Assembly: GCA_965235115.1 (NCBI GenBank)
Contig: OZ249436.1
Coordinates: 31,436,001 to 31,500,000 of the forward strand
Length of the DNA stretch: 64,000 nucleotides
Source of the DNA: Laetmonice hystrix
Lineage: Eukaryota
Direction of reading: 5' to 3'
The position numbers and the translations under genes are program-made. This document shows positions 50,421 through 63,295 of the stretch, one piece after another (the stretch's first letter is position 1; every line of letters begins with the position of its first letter). The notes beneath the pieces were generated by a model. That model was not told where the DNA came from. It saw nothing but the letters and a program-made list of their open reading frames with translations, and did no database searches.

Positions 50421-52608
50421 TAGTTCATATTTTTCAAGTCGGTACAACGTCATAATATTAAGTTTTCACACAACAATTTAGCTGACCTGACCCAATATAT
50501 ACATGTTTGACGACGGCAAAATATTAAGCTCTGGTGGCTTAAGTGAAATAAGGCAACAATGTTGCCTTAATTCAATTAAGCTGTGCTGGCGCATCAGGGT
50601 TTACAGTGTACACGTGTTCCGCATTCGCTTCACAATTCCGATTTGGTTCCTGAAATCGAAGGGTTTCTGGGAGTTCTTTAGTTCTTATTATTCATGCGCT
50701 GTTGATAAGTCATCGTTAATTTTCTCAGCTCAGCTAGTACAAACTTCTGCCCCGAAACAGAAATTTTCTGTAATGATATCATACCTGTTGCCACATCAGG
50801 ATTCATTGTCAAAGATTGCATTAGGCATGTCTCTCTTAGCCGTGCAATGAAAGACGCTGCCCACATTGAAGAAGACTCTCAGCGTATTTAATTAAACCGA
50901 AACAGACCTCATGTAGTCATCCCTTTCACCTCATATTCAACTCGGCGATCGCCAGCCGTTATTATGGAAACTGTTATTGGACAAATGAAGACAACATCAA
51001 ATATTCATCAAGCCCGTCTTTCTCGGAAAAATCTTGATATTTTAAAGAAGATGTTTGCATAATTCACTTTCAACATGAGCACCCATGGAAATGCCTGGAG
51101 TCTTGAGCTCGCCGCGTGGGCCGCTCATGGTACATTAATCAGCTTTGTGGTAACGATCGAGCGTTGCTGATATCGGCACACAATGTGTGTCTGATCAAGC
51201 TGTCGTGTTTTTACTGATACGAGAGGGGAGGGCGGAGACCAGGAAAACGAGGACACCAGTCCCGCCGCTCACCAGGAGGTCATCCACACTGTCCTCGGAT
51301 CGACCGCCTCCTGATTCCATCCCCCCGTCCCCTCCTGCCAGTTGCGGGCACATCGGGCGCATCTGATGACAAACGCAGGCCCGTCGGAACAGGTTGGCCC
51401 TAACGTCAATCTGGCAACGCTACAGGTAGATGGCCTGGTGCACAGATGTGCTAGATTACGAATTACCCATTTCCTCATTGAATCCCCACGCTCCACAGCC
51501 TCGAAGCGTCTTGGACCTAACAATCACCAAATTACGTTGCACAGAACGTGACCAAGCTTTTCTCTGATTGAGCAGAAATAAGCAGTTCATCGAATTTCCC
51601 TCAGGACGGGAATTGGAAAATACATTTTACGTATTGAGTCGTATAAAAAAAGAGAGATCTCACTAGTCATTATAGCCTATCAAGATGAAATTACCTTGGT
51701 TTCGTTCTGAAAATGGAAAGCGAAGTGAAAACACGTCCTGCCATCTCGTTTCCATTCTAGGATGGCAATATATAACCACACGGCACTCCGGTATCCGAGT
51801 TGATTTATGGCCCGTTACGTGAGTCAGGCCAGCCAAAGATTCCGTTAGGGACCTAAGTGTACCGACATGGCTCCGCAGGGAGGGGCAGGTAGGAGGGCAA
51901 TGAATCAAGTTTATTATCGTTGAGAGGAACTCTAAGGCGGGACTGCAGGACAGTATGTGTTTTCTTCTGACCCCCTTAAGTCCACAGGCTTGTATTGTAA
52001 ATTTTGACGAGTAACTAAACCTGAAGGTTGGAACCCCTCGAGAGGTTTTCGTTTTGTTGCACATTTCGTGGACGGATTGATTTGTCCATACCAATTATGC
52101 AAGTCATTTTGTGCGGCACAATCCACCGCCTAATTTCGCTTTCTTACCTCACAAGGCGTTTTTGACAGCGGTTTAAGAACCAGTGCGCTGCTACCATATA
52201 CATTGTACGGTTATCCTGAGTCAGGTCTGCATAAGGTAACGAAGATCATAATGTCTCAAACCACATTTCGTTCTAAAATGATGAAGCCGTCTACAAACGT
52301 AGCTGAATTTTGCCACTTCGGAAACATGGTATTTAATGTGGTTAACAGCATGCTACGATGGGAAGATTAGATCTAAGTAACACCAAAGATAAAGGAATAA
52401 AGCCTAGCAAACAAATACCCGGCCCGGGAATTATGCAAAAATTGTTAAACTCCGTAGATCCACACCGTAAAAATTATGTGCAGCTTTGCATTGTTTTCAC
52501 TGCTTCTGGAAGACGACCTTTTCGTGAAGATTAATTTCCGATATAGGATTACGACATAATGAATTGCTTACTTGGTATAGACAAACTAGACAGAGATAGG
52601 GGACCCAC

Positions 52609-52902
52609 CTGTCAAATGTTCCTCCCTCTTCCGCTGCTCGTCCTTAAGCCGTTGGGCGGCGGTGGTCGACTGCGCGTGGTTCTTGTCCTCGTTGGACAGT
52701 TTGAGATGCAGCACGCTCCTTTTGATCATGCCTTTGAGCATCCCGTAACGCCGGAAGAGGTCAAGCTCCTTGGACGTCTCGTACTCACGGCCCAGCTGGT
52801 CGATCACCGCACGCAGTCGTTTGTACTCGTCCTGCACCTGTCCACATTCCACGCACAGTTGTTCGTAAAGCCGGCGCGCGTCATCAAGGGGCTTCTCGGA
52901 CG
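52609..52902 (-). CDS. Internal exon of an uncharacterised helical/coiled-coil protein (repeat 1)
   Basis: TTTTCAG acceptor, ACAG|GTGGG donor, phase 1-1, strong GC3 codon bias; SEKPLDDARRLYEQLCVECGQVQDEYKRLRAVIDQLGREYETSKELDLFRRYGMLKGMIKRSVLHLKLSNEDKNHAQSTTAAQRLKDEQRKREEHLT. Confidence 0.85.
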
Positions 52903-55900
52903 CTGAAAACGTAACGACATAACGTCACGTCATTAACCGCTCTTCGACACAAAATGGGCAGAGCGCCATGCAGAGTCGGTTAGAGACAAGTTGGCCTGTA
53001 TATAACCCAGTGATATTAGAGAGCCAGTGAAGGAGCCAAGTCGGATGGGAAATAACAGTCGAAAAGAGTTGTATGCCAATTTGGGGGATATAGAAGCGGG
53101 GAAAGACATTTGAGGTTCCGAGGCATTTTGATATGTAGGCCGAAGATGTACAACTACAACGTTACGGAATCACAATTCAGATCTATCCGAAATATCCATT
53201 TCTTTGTGGAAGGTGTAAAAGGTGTAGGCCTAAAACAGAAACCTTCTCTTTGATTTCCTTTACCTCTTCACCATTTTCATATTCAGGTGCCACCGCATTC
53301 AGAATTCTGTAGCCTCTACACAGGTGTAGGCCTATACATTTATGTGGCAAGTCAAATCAGCGTCGGTCTGCTATACCGAACAGTGGCACATCGGTTGGCC
53401 GAGAATGTTTTTATGCTGGGTTAAACTATTTAACTATGGTACATGTATTTTCATCTATAGATAATCACAGAAAGTATAGTTAATGGTACTATAGCGGCCT
53501 GCTTGACAACGCCTGATTTGGAAATCGGTTTATTTGCATTTGACTCTTAGGAAATATGTAGGCCTATGACAAACCATAGCATTCCTTCATCTATGTCATT
53601 TTCACAAGACTAAACACTGCAACATTTAACATGATACATTAATATATTCACAAGACCATAGTGTTCAGCAGTCTCAGTACAATGCTATAGGCTATTGTCT
53701 ACAGGCGTACCACATCATACCGTATGTTTTAGATTTATCTCTAATGTCAGATGTTGAATCACGGTTTCTATCCAAAGTAAATGTCAAAGGTGCAAGCAAG
53801 ACAATCGTACTGTAGGCCTATGTCCCGACAGAAGCATTCTGATTCACATTTTGTTGATTAGGAGGGTAACTGCCGTTGCAATATCAAATATGGATTATAT
53901 CAACAACAAAAACCTCCCATTAGTTGATTTACTGTTTGCGGCCGTGAGAGATCTGATGGTGGTTTAAGTAGCCTATATACACGCCAATTGACCTCGAGTT
54001 TAACGTGGCGGCCCTGTGATGTATATCATATGGAGCTTCCTCAAGGTGCATAATAACCCCCTGATGTCTGAACTTTCTCTAACAGCGATGTTGGATTCGA
54101 ACGGAATCGCCAAAATGTTAGATCCTTCCATTAGTGGACTTACTGTTCTGGCAAAGATAAATCAAAGACGCAGGCCTCCCTCGGTGTTACGCTACGTGCC
54201 ACTGATACAGGAGGACCAATGACACAGCAGTTGCGTTTAGAGCCATTGATCCCCAAAGATAGCGATACGATATATCTGACAACAAAGTGTTCCGCTTCTG
54301 GCGTCTGGCACTGCATGTGTTGGCACGGTAGAGCTCCATCGAGTCGTGCGCACGCAGAACTAGGCCAAAGTCACACGCCGACTTCTGGGCCCACGAGTGA
54401 CACCTGCCCTTCGAAATTGGCGCCGGCCGAACTTGTCAGGCAAAGACCATTCATCTGTCCCAGCCATTTAATACTGCGCTTTATCATACCCGACCACCAT
54501 AAGATATACTTTAATGACAACTTCACCGTCCCTGCACATATACCAGTGTCTTGTCTATCTAGGCAGTGGCGTATCCAGAAATTGGTTAAGGGGAGATTTC
54601 CGAAGTTTTTAAGTACTTCAGAGATGCCCATATGTTCCTCTGGGGGGGATATCATAATGCAATCTCGGGACATCTTGTGTGGAAATATGAAGATTTCCTT
54701 TGGTTAAAACAATGCACTTTTACACTCCTGTTTTACAAAACAGTCCTTAATATAGTAATCTTTTCAACGGGGGGGGGGGGAGTCCGGGAGACTTTGAAAC
54801 GTCCTGGAGACGTTACTGCTATATGCTCCCTGAATGTAAGGTGTAAATTTCTGAAAGTCAAAAGCAAATTTCATAGAAAATTTGATAAATTCATGAATAT
54901 ATGCCCAGATTCATGAATATTCACACACACACACACACACACACACCTAGCAGGATAATCACCGGTCTAATTATGTGTTACTATGTTTAAACCATGGATT
55001 TTGTGTAAGTATTATGATTCATATAAACCAATGGTCATTTCTTTAGCCTTCGGGCAGTTGGCATGAAACAATACAATTACAGGAAATATGAGGAGGAAAT
55101 ATTGGCACAAGAACCGAAAGCCTTGGAATTTGTATAACATATAGAATGTATGGTTGTCATTTGTCTCCACCTAAATACAACCTGCCTCATCGCTCAGTGA
55201 TATTTTGATAACATATCGCGTGACGTTAGGTAATAGGATCGGACTGGAGCCAACATACCGGAACTTTCTTGGAGAAAATAAATGGACTGTTGCTAATTTA
55301 GAGAAGTGCGATCTCTCTGTGACAACACCGACCTTCCGGCAGCCGGGGTCAGCGACTAATGGCGAACGTGGGAACCTTGGCATACAATGCGCCATTGGGA
55401 TGCAAACAACAAAAATTGGTTGAGAGTGAGACAGCACAGTAGATTGCACATAGTTTCTTATACGCTATTCCATTTATGCATGAATTGGGCTTTCGCTGGA
55501 ATGTCAATTTAAGCAAATCAAACGCAGATCAAGCCAAAGGAAAATGTTGACTACAGCAGCAATGTCTTGAAGTAAAAGGCAGGCATATTTATGATTAAGA
55601 TCTGGCGTGTTCTTATTTGACGACCCTAGCTTTATAATATCTCGTTTGATCTTACAAATTACAGAATGCCTTTTTCTCCATTGTCGTCAACCAGACTGTA
55701 AAAAATTGATTCCATTCCTTCTTCTACCAGATCCCTTCCCGCCTGTGACCACATTTGGTACCAAAAAACTACACTGTTCTTCGTGCCATCGGTATGTCAT
55801 ATCACGTAGCAATAGGTCCACACAGGCTAAATATACAATCACGAGGCAGGTGCAGCCGTTACGATAACCTCCGATCTGTAAATGCAGACATTTGGCCGGA

Positions 55901-56375
55901 ATAAGTGGATACGACTATATAAGCCACCATGAGTATAGGCATACTGATATCACACAACAACGAGGACGCCAAACACGAAACAATTCCTACCCCATCCACG
56001 GTGGACTGAAAGAAATCAAACAAGGCCTTTACAGAAAATGATATTCGGAAATAACGCATGTATTCTATAAGGACAGGTATAACAGCATAAGGTACACAAG
56101 TTGATTTCTAAGGGAGAAACAAGAGAAACTCAGATGCTAGACTTACATAAGCAGCCATAATAACACGGGAAGGTGAACCCATTAACTTGATGAATACTAT
56201 ACATGACATAATAGAGACGCGCAATTCTTCTTTACATAATCTTTCTTCTCCAGTGGCTCTTTCTATACTGTAGGTACAATTGGACTTCAATGTGAGGCAA
56301 TTTTGGGACTTGATTAAATAATAAAAAAAGAATGAAAAAACACCGCATGAATATATAGGCCCACCTGCATGGGTA

Positions 56376-56539
56376 CAGTGGTGTATTTAGAAAATCCTGA
56401 TTGGGGGTGGGGGGGGGGGCACATGCCCTCAGCAACCCTAGCTGAGGGGGGGGGCGGCCATGGCCAAAACACTGTCTGTTATAACCTATGAACGGCAACC
56501 CTAAGGGGGAGCACTGCCCTCCCCCTAAATACGCCACTG
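56376..56539. mobile_element. hAT-like MITE, 8-bp TSD
   Basis: CATGGGTA|CAGTGGTGTATTTAG ... CTAAATACGCCACTG|CCTGGGTA. Confidence 0.75.
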
Positions 56540-56864
56540 CCTGGGTATTAGGTACGTTGAGAAATGCAGCAGATATACAACATGCACGAAAGTATACGCC
56601 GTGATCACTTGAGTTTCTATGGGCAATCTGATATCTGTAAGCTACCTCTCCTTAAACACTATATATACCTGAGCGTAGGAGCTAGCGATAGCTGCTAACT
56701 TAGGGAAATGCGTTGCCTCTTTACCTATTGTTATCCAGGTGATCCAACGGCAGAGAGCCACAGAGAACAAAGGTTTGACCTGTCACGTGTAACAGACGAC
56801 TATGGGCACAGAAGTACGATCGATACTCAGAACCAGTCACTTGGCGCCTCTGTCACCCGGTCTA

Positions 56865-59123
56865 TGACGTCAGGCAGTAACAGGACCCGTGCCAAAGGGA
56901 ATAGATAGCTTTGTGTAACAACTGTTCCTTCGTCGTTTAAAAGCTTCGTTTGATTGGGGGGAAACTACAAGGACGCTAACATGAACGCAAATACTATCTG
57001 GGTGTAGTTTTTATTATACTTGCTATTCGAATTATGTCTGTGCCTATACGTGTGTGTATGTTCTTATATAAATGCACATGGACACTATGTATGTCAGAAT
57101 GACTATATTAGGCCCGTACATACATCGGGATTTGGTATAGGCAATCCACTGCTGCAACGAAACAATAGATGCAACGTGTTAGAAACGTCATGATTGATTA
57201 AACCAAACGATGATAAAGTAATCTGGAATAACTATCTTACACTGTACACGCTGGTAGGCCTGCCATTGCTGGCCTCGGAGTGATGACTGGTGGCGAGGCG
57301 TGGATGTCCCTTGATAGAGCTTGTTGACGTTAGTCACAATTACGTCACATATTTCGTTGCATATTTCATTGACGTAATCAAGGAAGGCCATCGTCACGCC
57401 CGGCTGCACACGCAGCTGACGTCACGATATGGTGTGGTCCCATGGCGGACACGGTCGGTTCACCCTTGACCCCAGCCCTCCGCTGTCAACGTTCAAAACA
57501 TCATACGTAATCCATGGCAACAGGTAGAAAAAGGACTACAGCGTCTATGTAGATGATGTGCCCTCACACGTCCGCCTAGATCTACAGTAGAGTAGGTCCT
57601 ATAACAAGGGGAAGTGCCAATGATTGCGCAGCTGCGTAAGAATGTAACTGTAGTTGTAGTTCCTGTCCGGATATGTCCAAATCCGTTCCTCTGCCGACCG
57701 TTTGACTAGATTGACTTAGCATCAATCTGTGCCACTGCTGAAGTGCTGTCATTTGCCGTGCCCTGCTAGCATCAGCAGTTGAGGAACTCCTCTTTCCGGA
57801 TGTGCAGTCAACCTGTATATTGTTGTGGTGGAGAAAACTATCCGCCTCTGTCCCGGTACTATTCCAGCTGTGTCCTCCCGTAGGTAGACAGACAGACTGA
57901 GAAACTGAGAACGCGCATGAAGGTATACAGCGTCCGGCGACTGCACATGCGGGGTGTGCTGGCGACTGTTGAGCTTGGGCAGTGCGCGCGGTCGGTCACA
58001 GCCGGTTAATGCACGTGGGGGTGTGTGCATGGATGTCGTCTGCTGCTAGCAGCGACTCCCGCCAGTCAAGGTGGATCTACCTATTCTGTGGTGCCGCTTC
58101 GCGAAACCACGGGCTCAAGGTACGGCTCACCACGAAGGTGGATTAGGGGAAGGGTGTTTCTGACTACATAGAGGTGTTTAACCAAAGATCAAGGTGTAAT
58201 CCCAATTACCAGACGCGGACGGCTTTCAATCGATGTCGTAAAACCAACAAAACAACTCCAGCCTCTGCCATGACGCTCCATGGAAAACAGATAGCTCCTG
58301 GCATTAGGCCCAGAAACACAGGCCGGTTTACGGCCGATTTTGAGATACGGCCGATTTTTCTGTGTATCTGGGCCTTTAGTATATCTTCGTTATTACGAGG
58401 TATATATAAACCAAAGCAGAAATTAGTAGGCGTGTAATATGAATACATTAAAGGTATGAAATAATTAGCGTCATGAGTGGGGAACACATCGTGTGCCACG
58501 ATTGTCTCGCTACAGCAAAATTGATTATAATTCAATATGGCTGGCATTGATGGAAAGAACACCTTTTAACCAAATTTTGATTGAAACTCAGTTATTCCTG
58601 ATATTGTTCATCGTCATCTTCGGCCCTGGTCTAGAGTTTCTTTCATGAAAAGATATTGAGAAAGATTACATCATTAAACCAAACTGGACATGATCATCAC
58701 ACATTATAAGTAAAGCCGGTGAGGTCACAGGTCTGTCGCCGAACGCAGGCAGATCAATCCCAAGGAAGCATAGGGAGACATAATGGCAGGGCAGAGGAAA
58801 AACAAACTTCAATCTTCGGCATGAACGAGTGAAGACGAACTGCGCCGGAAGTCCCGAAATCAAACCATTAAGAACTTGGAGAATATATCGCTGTAAGTTT
58901 TGTTACGACCGTCTACACAAGATATGACGGCTATAATGTGCCGTGCAATTTTCCTTTTGTTGACGTTCTGAAATTTTACAGGATGAGTCGACACAGACCG
59001 AGTCGCACCCACGCGCGGCAGCCAATAACCGGCACACCATCTCTATGACGTCATCACCAGGCACCCCCGTGACGTGAAGCGAAGGCCGGGTGACGGTGCT
59101 GCCACTCCGGCAATGTGACGTCA
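56865..59123. promoter_or_regulatory. Clusters of CRE/ATF motifs (candidate signal-responsive enhancers)
   Basis: Perfect TGACGTCA at 56865, 57417, 59046 and 59116; variants at 57325, 57340 (TTACGTCA), 57370 (TGACGTAA), 57392, 59070 and 59091; CCAAT at 59022. Confidence 0.55.
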
Positions 59124-59592
59124 TGCCGGGTGTTGGCAGAGTATAGGCACATAACCTATACTGTTTGCACATCATGATGAAGGATATCTGTATGTAACAT
59201 GTTAGTTGTGAATACCGGCTAGCGCTACAGCTCGCAGTGTGGTAGGGTGGGGTGGTATGGGGTTGATGATTATAATATACATTCTGGCTTACTTATATAA
59301 CATTGGGAAATCAATAACGTCGTCGATCGATATTTTGACAATGACCGGATGAGGGCTTACTGGTCATATGAACCATGCAAGACGATACTGGTTCAAGAAA
59401 GGATTGCTGCCCTGTGATGCTCACAATATTATAATCCCCAAACATCCATATACGGTATGTGTAAGTACATAGGCTTATGCCCCTAGCTGTTGACTCTCCC
59501 CTATACACTGTCGTGTCGAATTATTCAAATCTCTTCAAATAAAGAAACGGCACCGAGTCATATCTCTACGAATACATGATTACTTTCCTTAA

Positions 59593-60419
59593 AGGAGAAG
59601 TCCAGTCAAAAATCACATTTGGACAGCTACAAGGCCTCTATATACACTCACCTTTCAGAGTAGTGGTTGGAAATAAATGTCCCCCTATTCCAAGAAGTCA
59701 TAAGTTGAACATGACAACCCTGTCAAAATCACTGGCCTCAGCGGCGCAGCCATTTGTTGCTATTGGGCTGGCCGGAAGTGACGTTCCGGGGCTAATCTAT
59801 TGCATGCCGGAGCTAGGCTAGACTAGACTAAAGTAAAGGCAGCCGAGGCGGGTCGGCAACTCAATGGGGGTCAGTCCCACAGTCACAGTCACATCTAAAC
59901 GCAACAGGTCTGTGCTGAACTGACCACAGGAGTCTGACACTGCCAGCACCCGCCCGCGGTGACGGGTCGGAGTCAGGGCCCGCCCCCCCCCCCCCGGCCC
60001 AGTGGCAGTGGACCTCCGTCAACATCGCATCTCCGAGCGGGACGAATTGAATTCAGGCGGCCGAAACCCATGGCAGGAGCTTGCCCAGATCCGTGTCCAC
60101 CCTGATATATCCCCTGACATCGGTAGGCTTAATTCCTAGCCATTCCTCATCACTATGATCGATGGTTTTCGTCTATGTTCTAACAAATTTTGCTTATAAC
60201 CTGTCAACGTTAACGCTGCCTTTCGAATCGCTCAACGCAACAGGTGCGTCAGTTTTTCGTTCCTCCCAAACTGGAGAGCAGTGGTCGGAGCATGCGCAAT
60301 GTGAGATTAGCCCAAGGAGCAGACGCTATGGCGGCCACCAGCAACGGAGTAGGTTCTAATTGCTTAGAACATCACGGCCTGTGTGCCTGGCCTGTACACA
60401 CTGGCGGTGGACTTTTCTT
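59593..60419 (+). mobile_element. Kolobok-like element, copy 2
   Basis: TTAA|AGGAGAAGTCCAGTC ... GTGGACTTTTCTT|TTAA. Confidence 0.88.
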
Positions 60420-60423
60420 TTAA

Positions 60424-61180
60424 AGGAGAAGTCCAGTCAAAAGTCACATTTGGACAGCTGCAAGGCCTCTATATATACTCACCTTTCAGAGTAGGAAACA
60501 AATGTCCCCCCATTCCAAGAAGTCATATGTTGAACATGACAACCGTGTCAAAATCACTGGCTTCAGCGGCGCAGCCATTTGGCCGGAAGTAAGTGACGTC
60601 CTTGTGTCCATCTATTGCATGCCGGGGCTAGGCTAGACTAGACTAAAGTAAAGGCAGCCGAGACGGGTGGGCAAATCGACGGGGGTCAGTCCCACAGTTA
60701 CAGTCACAGTCACAACTAAACGCAACAGGTAACAGGTCTGTGCTGACCACAGGAGCCTGACACTGCCAGTGCCCGCGGTCGGAGTCAGAGTGGAGCCCGG
60801 CGCGGCCCGGCCCCGGGCCCAGTGGCCCTGGGCTCCCTCAACATCACTATGATCGATGGTTTTCGTCTATGTTCTAACAAATTTTGCTTATAAGCTGTCA
60901 ACGTTCGCTACCTTTCGAATCGCTCAACGCAACAGGTGCGTCAGGTTTTCGTTCCTCCCAAACTGGAGAGCAGTGGTCGAGCATGCGCAGTTTGAGATTA
61001 GCCCAAGGAGCAGACGCTATGGCGGCCAACACCAGCGGAGCAGGCTCTAAGCAGGCTCCGGCACTAAAGTGCTTATATCTTAACTATTTGAGCACCAATT
61101 GTGTTCAAATGTTTTTTTAATTGCTTAGAATATCACGGCCTGAGTGCCTGGCCTGTACACACTGGCAGTGGACGTTTCTT
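60424..61180 (+). mobile_element. Kolobok-like element, copy 3 (abuts copy 2, sharing one TTAA)
   Basis: TTAA|AGGAGAAGTCCAGTC ... GTGGACGTTTCTT|TTAA. Confidence 0.88.
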
Positions 61181-61289
61181 TTAACACCTGTTCGAGTGAT
61201 GCGCACAGTTTAGAAAGTGCTGCGCTCCTTCTGTAATATATGACGGCTGGTTTTGTAATCGAATCGACGAGTTAGGTCATTGCTCGCCT

Positions 61290-63295
61290 TAGCCTGGTGC
61301 CCGGTCTAAACACTACGTATATAGAGCCTGGTGAAGGCCAATCGAAGCGAGCGTTGTGATTGGCCCATCGAAACCTGGACGCAAACGAGGTAGTTCCGTA
61401 CCCTCCGTATTTCTCCAACAAGATACAGATATTTTCGTCAATCCCTTTAAAATACAAGTGTTAAACAGGAACCGTCATTGATGTGTTAAAATGTGGAATA
61501 GTGGCATACACAGGTCTTATTTAATGCACATAATACATTCCAGGCTGCTCACGGGGAAAAAAATTTCCACAAGCACTTTATAGCCTTTTTTTTGCAAAAT
61601 GGACACAGAAAGGTTCAAATTGCGCGCGAATTATGTTAATGAGATTTTGACGTCAAATCGAGAACACAACCGAGAGGAAAATGGCGGCCACAGTGGTAAA
61701 CACGAGTGAGGACAGTGCACTCCTCCTCCTCGTTTAGGTCCTTGTCTAACTTTGAAGATTTTGTGCTACCGTACCAGAGTAGCAGGATAAGACTGAAGCC
61801 AGTAAAGATTATCACCAACAGGCAGAACCACTGCAGTTTGGGCCGTACATCACGGTTCGAACCTGTGATCGAGGCCGGTAGATGGGGCAGTGTCACTGGC
61901 TGACGGGGGAGGGGGAGGGGGCATGGCCGGACTAGTCTGTCAACTGCATGCAGTTGCTGACGGGCCCTGCCCACCAAGTCCACCAAATAGCGGAAATTAC
62001 ACACATTCTGATTGCTCTTTCGATCAAATAACAAGTTTAAGAATTGTCACCAGTCGAAATCATCGCCGATGACGATGCGTTTCCATGCTTTAAGTTTGTT
62101 TACAAACACCGACCGATCCGTGGCCACACACACACTGAGTCTGAGTGAAACGGGAATGGCAGGGTGGAAACAGACCACTAACTAATGCCAAACTTGGCCG
62201 AAATTGATGTAAATCGAGATTTAATTGATATCCATGGCCCATAGACTCGATGATAGAGTAGGCTCCTAGGCCCCTATAGACGAGATCTAGGCTTTTCGTG
62301 ACAACTAGATCTAGGCCTAACGTTATAGTTAGTATAGGTAAACGGTGGCGGATCCTGACTGTCACTCAGTCTCAGGTCTTCTGACCGTCACCCTCACAGC
62401 TACACTGCCGTTACAGTCAGGCATGAGCTACAGTCAGGCTGCCATGGTGAGTTTGTCTTGACTTTGGGTCCGCCCCTCCTACAAACCTATAAAGATTAGG
62501 CTAAACCCAACTTGTATTTTGCCCAGTTGTCGGAACAATCGGCAGCACAACGTACAGCACTGTCAGCAGGCTTGTGCCAAGTTGTGGGCGGTGGCTCCCA
62601 GACCCAGTGGCAGAGCGCTCTCTAGTCTACTCTGGCCTTGACAAATATTTTTCGGATGCTGCTGAGTGCTGATTACTCCAAGGAAACTAAAAAAATTTGT
62701 TGTCCTGGTGGTCACAGAACATAGCTACACACCGTCGGGACATTTTTCTAACTTAAAATTTATTTTTTAAAATGAATATCACTCTAGATCACAGGCTACA
62801 TAACGGCTCGAGCAATGGCACACACAGGGGAATCCCGAAACGTCACAAAGATCGTTCTCGATTTGACGTCATTATCTGGTGCGGGTTTTCAATAGCATTT
62901 CGTTTCTAGGGCCGTTGCTATGGGCCGTTCTAATTAACGGGTGGACATAATAAAACGCAATTAACGAATTTTATTCCTCTATCGTATTACATTCAGTACA
63001 TATCATGAGATGCCTTCTAAATGACAGTAGACGGTACATCTTTAAATGTCCTCGCTTTTCTGGATGTAAACATAGCGTCATCAGTCCCCACACCTGCTAC
63101 GGTCTGCATACGCAGGGGCATGTTGGCCACTCCCGGCCACGCTCCAAGTAGAAGTCGGTCACTCTGTTAACGGAACCAACGGAACGGAAGCGGAAGTGCT
63201 TGGAGATTAATCACTTCCGTTTCGCAGCTTTCTGTTAGCCATCACCTGGCCTAACATATAGCGGATGCGTATGGTAGGCACAGGGCACCAGGCTA
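61290..63295 (+). mobile_element. 2-kb AcademH-like non-autonomous DNA transposon
   Basis: TGCTCGCCT|TAGCCTGGTGCCC ... GGGCACCAGGCTA|TGCTCGCTT (9-bp TSD, 8/9 match); both ends match the 60-bp element at 37266. Confidence 0.82.

Larger units (their letters stand above)
45594..50608 (+). mobile_element. 5-kb CACTG (EnSpm/CMC-like) deletion-derivative transposon
   Basis: TA|CACTGTAAACCCTG ... CAGGGTTTACAGTG|TA; subterminal tandem arrays at both ends; relic ORF inside. Confidence 0.88.

Noticed and set aside
51269..51516. Possible alternative terminal exon (phase-1 TTGTTAG acceptor, GPRRFEAV...MTSW*) for the unknown gene
   Set aside because: Weak pyrimidine tract and unremarkable peptide; the 32126-32328 exon fits far better. 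It cannot be fully excluded without RNA data.
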